Shown: one piece after another, positions 32,070-42,366 of the stretch
Layout of the letters: every line of letters begins with the position of its first letter
Position numbering within the stretch: position 1 is the stretch's first letter
Assembly: GCA_963843795.1 (NCBI GenBank)
Contig: CAWJLW010000006.1
Span: forward strand, 2,616,375-2,680,374
DNA: 64,000 nt
Direction: 5' to 3'
Source of the DNA: an uncultured bacterium
GTDB lineage: Bacteria > Armatimonadota > Abditibacteriia > Abditibacteriales > Abditibacteriaceae
The notes under the pieces: generated by a model
Database searches by the model: none
The model's input: the letters and a program-made list of their open reading frames with translations, nothing else
Told to the model about the DNA's origin: nothing
Translations under genes and position numbers: made by a program

Positions 32070-32981
32070 TTACTTATCGTCTGAATTGGTTTCAAGTTCG
32101 CGCAGTTCGGGCACGTTGCGCCACGAATTTTCGGCCACAAAGCCCAGCACATCTTTAGCGCGCGATAAATCGTATAAACAGCCGTGAGCTTCGATGCGAT
32201 TTTCATCCAATGGCACGTCAGGGAAATGTCGACGCGCGGCATCTCGCACATCGCCCAGCACGAACGAATCGGGGTTGGCGATAACGAGCGTGTGGTGGCC
32301 GCTGATCTCTTCGGTCACAGCCAAGCGGAAAGCGCGCGCGGTGTCTTTGAGTTCGATGTAGCTCCAATAATCGCGTGCTTTATCGTTAGCGGCGTTCTGC
32401 AGTTGATGACGGCGCCAGTGCAAGTGACGTTGGTTGTCAAAATTCATCACCGTCGTCAGGCGCAGACACAGCGTTGTCATATCGTAGCGGCGCGTGTAGG
32501 CAGCGGCGGTTTCTTCGTTAAACACTTTCGACAACGCGTATAAATCCTGCGGCGCGACCGGATGAGTTTCATCAATCGGAAAATGTTGTGGATCGAACGG
32601 ATGTTTGGCGTAGAAAAATCCGAAAGCGCAGCACGACGAGGCCAGTGCGACGCGTTTGATGCCGTTGGCTTGCGCAGCAGCCAGAATATACTGCGTGCCG
32701 ACGACATTAGTTTGCATAATGATGTCGTCGCGATGACCGGGGTTGGGAATGGCTGCCAGATGCGCGATGGCATCACAACCTTCGGCAGCTTTGAGTAGCG
32801 CCAATCGGTCGGTGAGATCGCAATATACGGTTTCCAATTGTTGGACCGCGTGGGCCGATTCGCGCACTTTATCGCGCGGCGGCATAATGTCCAAAGCGCG
32901 CACACTGTGACCTTGTTCCATTAGATCGCATGCCACGACCGAGCCGACCACACCCGCAGTTCCCGTTACTAAAATTTTCAT
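32070..32981 (-). CDS. NAD-dependent epimerase/dehydratase
   Basis: ILVTGTAGVVG, HLAA, YALSK (YxxxK). Confidence 0.9.
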   Translation of the reverse strand: MKILVTGTAGVVGSVVACDLMEQGHSVRALDIMPPRDKVRESAHAVQQLETVYCDLTDRLALLKAAEGCDAIAHLAAIPNPGHRDDIIMQTNVVGTQYILAAAQANGIKRVALASSCCAFGFFYAKHPFDPQHFPIDETHPVAPQDLYALSKVFNEETAAAYTRRYDMTTLCLRLTTVMNFDNQRHLHWRRHQLQNAANDKARDYWSYIELKDTARAFRLAVTEEISGHHTLVIANPDSFVLGDVRDAARRHFPDVPLDENRIEAHGCLYDLSRAKDVLGFVAENSWRNVPELRELETNSDDK

Positions 32982-33047
32982 ATTTGCTTTTAATTTTCCT
33001 TACATTTAATATCTCGTTTTGTGCAAAACAGTTAATCTAATCAAGCG

Positions 33048-34100
33048 ATGATTTCCCACCAAAATTCACCATCACAGCCATCATTAAAACCAACTGCTGC
33101 CCGCGCTGCCTTTTTCGGCGCGCCCGACCGCATCGAACGCGTGTGGGCGCAAAACCGCCGTGCCAATTTGACAGACGAACTGCATAAAGCCGGTTATCGC
33201 ACCTTAGATTCTCACATCGAAACGCACAATTTCGCCGAACGTGTGCACGAATTACAGGACATTGAACTGATTTTTGCGACCTGGGGCATGCCAATGTTAA
33301 CGCTCGCGCAGTTGGATGCCCTGCCGAATTTGAAAGCCATCTTTTATGCGGCGGGTTCGGTGCAAGGTTTCGCTCGCCCATTTTTGGAACGCGGCGTCAC
33401 GATTTGCAGCGCATGGGCCGCCAACGGAGTGCCAGTCGCCGAATGGACTCTGGCGCAAATTCTTCTGGCTAACAAAGGTTACTGGATGAACGCGCGCGCC
33501 GCCGCGCAACCACAAACCCGCAAAGGCGCGCCACACGGACGCGGCAATTTCGGGGCGACAGTCGCGATTTTAGGCGCTGGACAAATCGGACGCAAAGTTA
33601 TCGAACTGCTACGGTCGTTTGAACTTAAAATTATCGTTTTCGATCCGTTTCTCAGCGCGCACGATGCGGAAATCATGGGGGTCGAAACTGTCGATTTAAA
33701 TGCGGCATTTGCACGCGGCCAGGTCGTTTCCAATCATCTGGCGAATTTACCGGCCACGGTTGGAATGTTGCGCGGCTATCACTTTGCGCAACTGCCGGCG
33801 AATGCGGCGTTTATCAATACCGGTCGTGGCGCGACAGTTTGCGAAAACGAAATGATCGAAATTTTGCGAGCGCGTCCCGATGTGACGGCGCTTTTGGACG
33901 TGACCGAACCGGAACCTCCGCGCGAAGATTCGCCGCTTTACGACTTACCAAATGTGCACCTCACTTCGCACATCGCGGGTTCAATTGGCGATGAAACCGT
34001 GCGCATGGCCGATTACATGATCGCCGAATGGCAGCGCTGGCAACGCGGCCAAGATTTGCATTATCAAGTCACAATCCCGATGCTGGAAACGATGGCTTAA
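33048..34100 (+). CDS. D-isomer-specific 2-hydroxyacid dehydrogenase
   Basis: GAGQIG, FDPF, FINTGRG, LDVTEPEP, TSHIAGS. Confidence 0.9.
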   Translation: MISHQNSPSQPSLKPTAARAAFFGAPDRIERVWAQNRRANLTDELHKAGYRTLDSHIETHNFAERVHELQDIELIFATWGMPMLTLAQLDALPNLKAIFYAAGSVQGFARPFLERGVTICSAWAANGVPVAEWTLAQILLANKGYWMNARAAAQPQTRKGAPHGRGNFGATVAILGAGQIGRKVIELLRSFELKIIVFDPFLSAHDAEIMGVETVDLNAAFARGQVVSNHLANLPATVGMLRGYHFAQLPANAAFINTGRGATVCENEMIEILRARPDVTALLDVTEPEPPREDSPLYDLPNVHLTSHIAGSIGDETVRMADYMIAEWQRWQRGQDLHYQVTIPMLETMA

Positions 34101-34138
34101 TCCAATCTTTGAATCTCTGCACGAAATTGAAAGCGAAA

Positions 34139-34729
34139 ATGAATGAAACCATTGCGGCGATTTTAGTCGGCGGCCACAGCACGCGCATGGGACGCGACAA
34201 AGCAAATTTAACGCGCGACGGCGTGTCGTGGCTCGAATGCACGGCGCGCGTGGCCGCTAATTGTGAGCTGCAAGTACTTGCAGTGGGACGCGAACAGCCA
34301 CACGATTGGCCGCATAATTTAAAAGTTGAATTTATCGCCGATGCGTTGCCAAATTGCGGGCCGCTGGGCGGTTTGCTGGCCGCGCTGCGCTGGGCCAAAG
34401 TCCACGAATTCCATAGCGTTCTGGCGCTACCGTGCGATTTACCTCAATTGAATGAAGATGCGCTGAAATGGATTTTGGGGCAAAAGCGCGGACGCGATGG
34501 AATTGCGGTGACGCGAGAAGAACAATTGGAACCGTTATTTGCGATTTACGATGTGGGTTTAATGGAAGAGGTCGCCGAGAGTTTGGAAAGTGGACGACGT
34601 TCGTTGCATGGTGTGATTGAAAAAAGCGAATTTGAAATTGTCGCTTGTCCATCTGAATTGAAAAGCGCGCTGTGGAATTGCAACACGCCTGACGATTGGG
34701 CTCGATTGATAAGCAAAGGAAGAACGTAA
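34139..34729 (+). CDS. mobA: Molybdenum cofactor guanylyltransferase
   Basis: ILVGGHSTRMGRDKA, GPLGGL, PCDLP, EPLFAIY, NCNTPDD. Confidence 0.88.
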   Translation: MNETIAAILVGGHSTRMGRDKANLTRDGVSWLECTARVAANCELQVLAVGREQPHDWPHNLKVEFIADALPNCGPLGGLLAALRWAKVHEFHSVLALPCDLPQLNEDALKWILGQKRGRDGIAVTREEQLEPLFAIYDVGLMEEVAESLESGRRSLHGVIEKSEFEIVACPSELKSALWNCNTPDDWARLISKGRT

Positions 34730-34739
34730 ACTTGGGATT

Positions 34740-35834
34740 ATGACGACGACAACAGAAAATACTATTCGCGTCGAATTGGGCGAGCGTTCTTACGAGGTGC
34801 GCATTAAAGCCGGTTCTCTGAGCAATTATGCAGCGCAAGAGTGGGACGAAATCGCGCTTTTATCAAACGAAAGCGTGATGCCTTTGTATGGACGCGATTT
34901 TGTCCAACGGCGCAACAATTTGGGTTTAAAAACGATTGAGATTGTCGCGCCCGATGGCGAAAGCGCCAAGAACTTGGAAATGATGGCGCGCGCTTACGAC
35001 GAACTAGCGCAAGCACGTTTGACGCGGCGCGGCGCGATTGTGGCAATTGGCGGCGGCGTGGTCGGCGATTGGGCCGGCTTCGTCGCCGCGACGTGGATGC
35101 GCGGTGTGGACTTTGTGCAAATTCCAACAACATTACTGGCGATGGTCGATTCGAGCGTGGGCGGCAAAACCGGCATCAATCACCAGAGCGCCAAGAATTT
35201 AATTGGCGCTTTTCATCAGCCAAAATGCGTGATTATCGACCCGCAAGTACTTGCCACCCTTCCCACCCGCGAACTTCATGCGGGTTTGGCCGAAGTTATC
35301 AAATATGGCGTGATTGCCGATAGCGAATTTTTCGATTGGCTGGAAAATCATAACAATCTGCTGGATGATAGCGCGGCATTGGAGCATCTCATCGCGCGCA
35401 GCGTGCAAATCAAAGCTGATGTCGTGGGTGAAGACGAGCGGGAAAGCGATAGTTCGGGGCGACGCGCGATTTTGAATTATGGTCACACCGTGGGCCATGC
35501 CATCGAAGCAACCGCGACTTATGGCAAGTACTTGCACGGCGAAGCCATCTCCATCGGCATGACGGTCGCTGCTCAGTTATCGATTGATTTGGGAATTGTG
35601 CATGCTGGCGAAAAATTATTGCAACGCCAAACGCAACTTTTTCATAAATATGATCTGCCGACGCGTGTGCCGGACGAATGCGCATGGGACGATTTATTGA
35701 AAGCGATGGCGCTGGATAAAAAATCGCGTGGCGCGCGTTTAAATTTCGTCTTGCCAACGCGATTGGGCGCAGTCGAAATCGTGCGTAATGTGCCGCACAC
35801 AGCAGTCGAAAACGCCGTTAAAAAATGTCGCTAA
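34740..35834 (+). CDS. aroB: 3-dehydroquinate synthase
   Basis: GGGVVGDWAGF, PTTLLAMVDSSVGGKTGIN, KNLIGAFHQP, LNYGHTVGHAIE, HGEA. Confidence 0.97.
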   Translation: MTTTTENTIRVELGERSYEVRIKAGSLSNYAAQEWDEIALLSNESVMPLYGRDFVQRRNNLGLKTIEIVAPDGESAKNLEMMARAYDELAQARLTRRGAIVAIGGGVVGDWAGFVAATWMRGVDFVQIPTTLLAMVDSSVGGKTGINHQSAKNLIGAFHQPKCVIIDPQVLATLPTRELHAGLAEVIKYGVIADSEFFDWLENHNNLLDDSAALEHLIARSVQIKADVVGEDERESDSSGRRAILNYGHTVGHAIEATATYGKYLHGEAISIGMTVAAQLSIDLGIVHAGEKLLQRQTQLFHKYDLPTRVPDECAWDDLLKAMALDKKSRGARLNFVLPTRLGAVEIVRNVPHTAVENAVKKCR

Positions 35835-35850
35835 AACGTGCTTTTCCGCG

Positions 35851-36837
35851 ATGAATTTTCTTTCCCAATCACCTGAATCTGAAACGGCTTCGGTTAAAGC
35901 AGGCGCGCCGCCCGCGCCGGGTGTTCTGCGCGATGTAATGCGCGCGGTGCGCACGCGCCAGTGGGCCAAAAACGGTTTGCTGTGGGCTGGCTTTATTTTC
36001 GCTGGTCGGCTGCGTTCGCCGTGGCCGATTCTGGGTGGCGAACTCTGGCGCGTGGCGCTGGCGTTCGCGTGCTTTTGTGCGCTTTCGGGCGCCGCGTATC
36101 TGATTAACGATTGGATGGATTTGGAAAGCGACCGCCGCCATCCGATCAAAAAACATCGCCCCTTAGCCGCAGGACGCATTTCGATTCGCGCGGCTATCGC
36201 GATGATCGCGATTTTGTGCGGCGTGGCAGTTTTGTGCGCGTGGGGCGTGCGCGCCGGACATCCCAAAGCGTGGGGCTTTCCCATCGCCGCAGCGTGCTAC
36301 TTTGCCCTGACGTTGAGCTATTCGCTGCACCTGAAAAATCAGGTTTTAATTGATGTCCTCAGTGTGGCAGCCGGTTTTGTACTGCGCGTTGTGGCGGGTT
36401 GTCTGGCGATTCCGGTCGCGATTTCGCCGTGGATTTTGTTCTGCACTTTCACGTTGGCGTTGTTTATCGCACTATGCAAGCGGCGCGCGGAATTATTGGA
36501 GATTGGAATCGGAGCCGAAACGCGGCGCGTGCTGGTCGGCTACACCTTGCCGATGTTGGACACCTTTATCAGCATCGCGGCGGGGTTGACGATTACAGCG
36601 TATTCGCTTTACACCTTCAGCGCCAATACGATTGCCTTGGGGCGTTTCAAAGATACGCCGCTGCTGATGAGTTCAATTCCGTTCGTGGTTTACGGCATTT
36701 TTCGTTATCTGTTGTTGGCGCATTCTTCGCCAGTCGGCGGCGAACCGGAACAAATGTTGCGTGACCGACCGCTGATGATAAACGTCGTCTTATGGACAAT
36801 TTTGGTTGTGATACTGACTATTTTGGAGAAACTGTAA
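35851..36837 (+). CDS. UbiA-family prenyltransferase (decaprenyl-phosphate phosphoribosyltransferase-like)
   Basis: RQWAKN, YLINDWMDLESDRRHPIKKHRPLAAG, YSLHLKN, KRRAE. Confidence 0.88.
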   Translation: MNFLSQSPESETASVKAGAPPAPGVLRDVMRAVRTRQWAKNGLLWAGFIFAGRLRSPWPILGGELWRVALAFACFCALSGAAYLINDWMDLESDRRHPIKKHRPLAAGRISIRAAIAMIAILCGVAVLCAWGVRAGHPKAWGFPIAAACYFALTLSYSLHLKNQVLIDVLSVAAGFVLRVVAGCLAIPVAISPWILFCTFTLALFIALCKRRAELLEIGIGAETRRVLVGYTLPMLDTFISIAAGLTITAYSLYTFSANTIALGRFKDTPLLMSSIPFVVYGIFRYLLLAHSSPVGGEPEQMLRDRPLMINVVLWTILVVILTILEKL

Positions 36838-36952
36838 AGCAAAGCGAATTCTTTCACCGCCCGCGTCGCAAAATAGCGTCACGATAAGGCGACAGCGGCG
36901 TCTAAACTTTTAATTATTTGCGGTTTCACGACCGTTCTGGAATTTATCACCT

Positions 36953-37627
36953 ATGCTTCCCACATCAGCGCCACAAACCGGCGCACCACAGCGCACCGAT
37001 CCACCGCAATTTCGTGTTTTAATCGTCGAGGACGAAGACGCCATCGCGCGCCTCATCGCGGCCACATTGCGGCCTTTAAATCTAGATTTGCGTTACGCGC
37101 CCGATGGCAAACACGCGCTCGCGGCTTTTGAAAAAGTTCAGCCACACTTAGTGCTTTTGGATTTGATGATTCCCGAAATCGACGGACGCCAGGTTTGCGC
37201 GCGCATTCGCCAGACCAGCAACGTACCGATTATTATGATGACCGCGCTGGATTCGGAAGAAGACCAGCTTACAGGTTTCAAACTGGGCGCCGACGATTAC
37301 ATTCCCAAACCATTCAATCCGCGCCTGATGGTAGCGCGCGTTGCCGCGCATTTGCGCCGCAATTATAAGTACAACATCCCGCCTGTCGTACAAAACGCCG
37401 TGCAGCAAGAAGAAACGCGGCAGAGCATCGTTGAGCGCGCAGCAGGACAAATGGGCGGAGTTTTCGTGCCCGAACAAAAAACCGTGCCGATGGGTTGGGC
37501 GCAGTGCGACAATTGCGGCTACATGGGGCCGCGCGAACGCTTCGAAAAAGAAAACGCGCTGGGCCGCGTTCATGTCGAATGTCCTTCTTGCAAAAGCATC
37601 GAAGGCGTTATTTTTTCGCTTTCTTAA
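36953..37627 (+). CDS. Response regulator: receiver domain plus C-terminal Cys4 zinc-ribbon-like domain
   Basis: LIVEDE, LLDLMIP, MMTA, GADDYIPKPF; ends CDNC-x21-CPSC instead of a winged helix. Confidence 0.85.
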   Translation: MLPTSAPQTGAPQRTDPPQFRVLIVEDEDAIARLIAATLRPLNLDLRYAPDGKHALAAFEKVQPHLVLLDLMIPEIDGRQVCARIRQTSNVPIIMMTALDSEEDQLTGFKLGADDYIPKPFNPRLMVARVAAHLRRNYKYNIPPVVQNAVQQEETRQSIVERAAGQMGGVFVPEQKTVPMGWAQCDNCGYMGPRERFEKENALGRVHVECPSCKSIEGVIFSLS

Positions 37628-37645
37628 ATCGCTTTGTAAAAACCC

Positions 37646-37692
37646 AAAAGCGCGCCGCAAGTACTTGCGCAAGTTACTTGCAGCGCGCTTTT
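37646..37692. terminator. Hairpin with a duplicated palindrome core between the converging response regulator and ppk2
   Basis: AAAAGCGCGC-CGCAAGTACTTGCGCAAGTTACTTGCA-GCGCGCTTTT. Confidence 0.7.
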
Positions 37693-37724
37693 TTGGTTTG
37701 GAATCGGTTTTTGATGCGCTTCGA

Positions 37725-38522
37725 TTAATCGATTTCGATTTTCGTAGGGTCGAAATCGACTTCGGGAAATTGCGGATTCATCTTTTCCAGCACTTCGGCA
37801 ACTTTTTGCGTAATGGCCAGATTGCGCGCCCATTTGCGGTCGGCGGGCACCACATACCACGGCGCATAATCGGTTGAACAATGGCGCAACATATCCTGAT
37901 ACGCATCCAGATAATCGTCCCATAAAGCGCGCTCGGCTAAGTCGCCGGGATTAAATTTCCAATTTTTGTCGGGTTCGTCCAACCGATCTTGCAAGCGTTC
38001 TTTTTGTTCATCTTTGGAAATCATCAGGAAAAACTTTACGATGGTGATGCCGTTGTGTGACAGCATTTTTTCGAAGTTATTGATGTCTTCGTAACGCTGT
38101 TCCCAGACCGCTTTTTCGATGAGCTCGTGCACGCGCACAATCAGCACATCTTCATAATGCGAGCGATTCCACACGCCGATCATGCCTTTGCGCGGCGCGT
38201 GTTGATGCACGCGCCACAAAAAATCGTGCGCCAACTCTTCTTCGTTGGGCGCTTTGAAGCTGGTCACGCTCACGCCCGCCGGATTAACGCCAGTAAGTAA
38301 ATCTTTGATGGCGCCGTCCTTACCGCCGGTGTCCATCGCTTGAAAAACCAGCAGCAAACTTTGCTGATTTTCGGAATACAAGCGCTCCTGCCATTCGCGC
38401 ACACGCACACGTAAAAGCTCCACCAGCGCTTCGCCTTCTTCTTTGGTATCGACGCTTTTGGCGCGCGTGTCGATTTCTTTCAATTTAGTTTTATTATCGG
38501 CTTTGACCAGTGATGATTTCAT
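37725..38522 (-). CDS. ppk2: Polyphosphate kinase 2 family protein
   Basis: FQAMDTGGKDG, SFKAP, HDFLWR, NRSHYEDVL, PWYVVPAD. Confidence 0.93.
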   Translation of the reverse strand: MKSSLVKADNKTKLKEIDTRAKSVDTKEEGEALVELLRVRVREWQERLYSENQQSLLLVFQAMDTGGKDGAIKDLLTGVNPAGVSVTSFKAPNEEELAHDFLWRVHQHAPRKGMIGVWNRSHYEDVLIVRVHELIEKAVWEQRYEDINNFEKMLSHNGITIVKFFLMISKDEQKERLQDRLDEPDKNWKFNPGDLAERALWDDYLDAYQDMLRHCSTDYAPWYVVPADRKWARNLAITQKVAEVLEKMNPQFPEVDFDPTKIEID

Positions 38523-38711
38523 AATTTCGTCTGCTAAATTCCCGCAAGTACGAGTCGATACAATACCAAACTTCGACTTCGGGTGCGTTGCAAGTACTTG
38601 CAACGCGATTTGTGTGGCATTTCGTGCTGATAAGTTGTGCCCCAGTGCGTTCGGGGGCTAAAATGTTCGGGGCAAAAACAATTGTCCGACCCAAATTTAT
38701 TTTCCCTTATT

Positions 38712-40205
38712 ATGCGCTGGCGCGATTTTTCATCTTTACCACTTCTGCCCGACGACTACTTCGATTCCCAGCCGCGCCGCGTCCATTTCATCGGTATTGG
38801 CGGCATCGGTATGAGCGCATTGGCGCAAGTTTTACTGGCGCGCGGCCACAAAGTTTCTGGCTCCGATGCTCACGATTCGTCACTTCTGCAAACTCTGCGC
38901 GCTGCGGGCGCCGAGATTTTCATCGGCCATGATGCGAGTGCGCTGGACGGTGCGCCACCAGATGCGATTATCTGGGGTTCGGCGATTCGAGCCGATAACC
39001 CCGAACGTGAATGGGCCACGCAGCACGATGTTCCGCAATGGCATCGCGCGCAACTTTTGGCGTGTCTGGTGAACGCGGCGAATTTTTCGATTGCGGTTTC
39101 CGGAACGCATGGCAAAAGTACTACCAGCGCAATGGTCGCGCACATTCTGGAAAAAACCGGACGCAACCCGACCGCGATTCTGGGCGCAGTTTATTCGCCT
39201 TTTGGCTCGAACGTACGCATTGGCGACCCCGATTTATTGGTCGTCGAGGCCGACGAATCGGATGGCTCTTTCACTCTGTGCGCAGCCAGCGTCGCGGTTG
39301 TGACCAACGTCGAAGCCGAACATCTGGAAAATTACGACGATTCGGCGAGTCAGTTGTGGCACGCTTTTGAAGCCTTCGCCGACAACGCGATTGAAGTCGT
39401 GCTTAACGCCGACGATGCCGAATTACCCGAACGTTTGGACGCCGATGGCTGGGCGCTCCTTTACGGTATCGATAAAATCGGCGTGCCTTCGAGCGATGAA
39501 AACACGCATTTCAACGCGCAAAACGTCGAATCGGGCGCGGGCAAAACCAGCTATACCTTGCGCGCGGGCGAGCAGGAAATCGGGCGTTTCACGCTGCGCG
39601 TGCCCGGTCACCATAATCTCAGCAACGCGCTGGGCGCAATTAGCGCGTGCTATCTCGAGCACATCGACAGCAGCAGTGATGAGCGCAGCGAATTTTTGCC
39701 CGAAGAAGTACGCAAAATTGCCACAGCTCTGGAAGATTTCGGTGGCGTGGCGCGGCGTTTTGAATTCGTGGGCGAGGCCGATGATGTACTGGTTTACGAA
39801 GATTACGCGCATCACCCAACCGAAGTTGCCAGCGCTTTATACGGCGCCCGCGACTGGCTGCAACGCCCGCTGACCGCTGTTTTCCAACCGCACCGTTTTT
39901 CACGCACCCAGCAGATGGGTCATCTATTCGGCCCTTCGTTTGAAGCCGCTACCAACGTGATTGTTACCGAACTTTACAGCGCGTTTGAAACGCCGATTGA
40001 AGGCGTTTCGGGTCGCAACGTTTTCAACGCGATTCGCGCGGCGTGGCCCGAAAAAACAATTGAATTCGTCCCCGAACTGGCCGCTGCTCGAACGCGCGCC
40101 CTGGAACTGACACCACGCGGAGGTGCCATCATGTTGATGGGCGCCGGCACTATCGGCGCGCAGGGCCAAAGTGTTGTGAAAGATTTGCAAGAGCGCGAAA
40201 ACTAA
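38712..40205 (+). CDS. murC: UDP-N-acetylmuramate--L-alanine ligase
   Basis: HFIGIGGIGMSALA, GTHGKSTT, EADESDG, DYAHHPTE, FQPHRFSRT; start uncertain. Confidence 0.95.
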   Translation: MRWRDFSSLPLLPDDYFDSQPRRVHFIGIGGIGMSALAQVLLARGHKVSGSDAHDSSLLQTLRAAGAEIFIGHDASALDGAPPDAIIWGSAIRADNPEREWATQHDVPQWHRAQLLACLVNAANFSIAVSGTHGKSTTSAMVAHILEKTGRNPTAILGAVYSPFGSNVRIGDPDLLVVEADESDGSFTLCAASVAVVTNVEAEHLENYDDSASQLWHAFEAFADNAIEVVLNADDAELPERLDADGWALLYGIDKIGVPSSDENTHFNAQNVESGAGKTSYTLRAGEQEIGRFTLRVPGHHNLSNALGAISACYLEHIDSSSDERSEFLPEEVRKIATALEDFGGVARRFEFVGEADDVLVYEDYAHHPTEVASALYGARDWLQRPLTAVFQPHRFSRTQQMGHLFGPSFEAATNVIVTELYSAFETPIEGVSGRNVFNAIRAAWPEKTIEFVPELAAARTRALELTPRGGAIMLMGAGTIGAQGQSVVKDLQEREN

Positions 40206-40254
40206 CTTGAAATAACCCAATCATCCGCTGCAAGTACTTGCAGTGCCACTTTAT

Positions 40255-41214
40255 ATGAGCACAGCCACAATTTTCCATTCCACTCACCACACGCTCGATT
40301 TTCGCGACGACCAAACGCTGGCGCGCCATACCACGATGCGCGTCGGCGGGCCGATTGCGCAGTGGGCCGAGCCGAACAACGAAGACGAACTGTGCGCGAT
40401 TTTGCAAGAAGTCGCGCGCCGCAAAGCACCTTTGATGGTGCTGGGCGGTGGCTCAAATTTGGTCGCTTCGGATGCGGGCTTTGATGGCGTGGTTTTGCAT
40501 CTCGGGCGCGGTTTTGAAACCGCGCGCGTTGAAGGAAATCGCCTGATTTCCGGCGGCGCGATGATGTTGCCGCGTTTGACCAAAGTCGCGCTGCAAAACA
40601 ATCTGGGCAACTTCGAGTGGGCGTGTGGCATTCCCGGCTCGTGCGGTGGTTCGCTGTGGGGAAACGCCGGTGCGCGCGGTTTCAACGGGCAGAATTTCGA
40701 AAGCCGCGATTGCGCCGCTGATTTTCATTCCCTGATCGCGTTTACGCGCGACGGCAAACGCGTGCAATTGAACCGCGATGAAGTGCAATTCGCGTATCGC
40801 AAATCCAGTTTGAATGATCTGATTGTGACTGAAGCGACTTTTGCTTTGAAAATTTTGGACGACGCGACGACGCAGCGTCATAAAGAAGCGGTGCGCGAAC
40901 TTTTGGCGATTCGGCGCGCCAGTCAGCCGGTGAATCAGGCTTCGGCGGGCTGCATCTGGAAAAATCCAAGCGTTGATGCGTGCGCGGATGGCGGGGTGCC
41001 GGAATGTCGCGGCGCAGGACAGCTTTTGGAAATTTTGGGCTTGAAAGACAGCAGCTTTGGCGGCGCGCGCATTTCTCCCTTGCACGGCAATTTCATTGTC
41101 AATGAAGGCGAAGCCACCGGCGATGATGTGCGCGCGCTGGCCTCGATGATTGAAAATGTTGTGCGTGAAAAAACGGGCATCGAGCTGCAACGCGAGGTGC
41201 GTTTTCTTGACTGA
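40255..41214 (+). CDS. murB: UDP-N-acetylenolpyruvoylglucosamine reductase
   Basis: HTTMRVGG, LGGGSN, GIPGSCGG..GNAGA, YRKS, SAGCIWKNP, HGNF. Confidence 0.95.
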   Translation: MSTATIFHSTHHTLDFRDDQTLARHTTMRVGGPIAQWAEPNNEDELCAILQEVARRKAPLMVLGGGSNLVASDAGFDGVVLHLGRGFETARVEGNRLISGGAMMLPRLTKVALQNNLGNFEWACGIPGSCGGSLWGNAGARGFNGQNFESRDCAADFHSLIAFTRDGKRVQLNRDEVQFAYRKSSLNDLIVTEATFALKILDDATTQRHKEAVRELLAIRRASQPVNQASAGCIWKNPSVDACADGGVPECRGAGQLLEILGLKDSSFGGARISPLHGNFIVNEGEATGDDVRALASMIENVVREKTGIELQREVRFLD

Positions 41215-41218
41215 TTCG

Positions 41219-42259
41219 ATGGCAAAAAACCGCTTGAAAGTGGCATTACTAACCGGTGGCGATAGTTCTGAGCGCGCGGTGTGTTTCGCAACCGCGAGTT
41301 CGGTCGCGAACGCGCTGGATTCCAGTCGGTTCGATGTGACAATTTTCGATGTCTCGCAACCGCAAACCCGCGCTGCCGATCCTTACGGCGGCGACCGCGC
41401 GCTGGGTACGCGTCCGCGCCATGTCATCGTCGGCGTCGATTGGAACACCTTGGTCACGCAGCTTTATATGACCGGTTTCGATGTGGTTTTCCCCGCTTTG
41501 CACGGCGGGCGCGGCGAAGACGGAACATTGCAAGCGCTGCTCGAAATTGCGGGTGTGCCCTATGTCGGCTCGGGGACGCATGCCTGCGCCATTGCGATTG
41601 ACAAGCAGGTTTGCAAATCTTTCATGAGCGGCTATGGCATCGCCGTTCCGCATGGGCGCATTTTCTGGAGCTGGGAACAATGGCAGCGCGAAGGTGACGA
41701 AATGCGCGACCGCCCTTGTGTCGTCAAGCCCAACGCGGGAGGTTCGTCAGTAGCAACAGCGATTTTCGCTCAGGCTCCGGAAGAAGACGCAATGAAAAAT
41801 GCGTTGCAAGCGGCTTTTGACGATGGCAGCGGTGCGCTGGTGGAAGAATTGATAGAAGGAACTGAAGTGACGTGTGCGGTTTTGGGCGCAGGCGAAAGTG
41901 CGCGCGCATTGCCGAGCATCGAAATCGTGCCCAAAGATGATTCCAGCTTTTACGATTACGCAGCCAAATACCAAAGCGGCGGTTCGCAACATTTAATTCC
42001 GCCGCGTTTGGATGGGCAAGTACTTGCCGAAATTGAAAAATGTGCGCTGCGCGCTTTTCGCGCTTTGAAATGTCGCGGCGTGGCGCGCTCGGATTACATC
42101 GTGCGTGCCGATGGCACGCCAGTGTTCTTGGAAATCAACACGTTGCCGGGCATGACTTCGACCAGTTTGGTGCCCGACGCCGCGCGCGCAGCCGGTATCG
42201 AATTCTCGCAACTATTGGAACAATTAATTCAATCGGCGCTGGACAAAAATCGAGGTTAA
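41219..42259 (+). CDS. ddl: D-alanine--D-alanine ligase
   Basis: LLTGGDSSER, LHGGRGEDG, VKPNAGGSS, FYDYAAKY, LEINTLPGMT. Confidence 0.96.
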   Translation: MAKNRLKVALLTGGDSSERAVCFATASSVANALDSSRFDVTIFDVSQPQTRAADPYGGDRALGTRPRHVIVGVDWNTLVTQLYMTGFDVVFPALHGGRGEDGTLQALLEIAGVPYVGSGTHACAIAIDKQVCKSFMSGYGIAVPHGRIFWSWEQWQREGDEMRDRPCVVKPNAGGSSVATAIFAQAPEEDAMKNALQAAFDDGSGALVEELIEGTEVTCAVLGAGESARALPSIEIVPKDDSSFYDYAAKYQSGGSQHLIPPRLDGQVLAEIEKCALRAFRALKCRGVARSDYIVRADGTPVFLEINTLPGMTSTSLVPDAARAAGIEFSQLLEQLIQSALDKNRG

Positions 42260-42366
42260 AAGCGCTGCGAGTATGGTGCACCTAGTTGGGTGCAAGTACT
42301 TACAGCGGCCAATTTGAGTTACACAGTTGATATTAAGTTTTCCCGCGCTCATCGCATTTCTTCATC

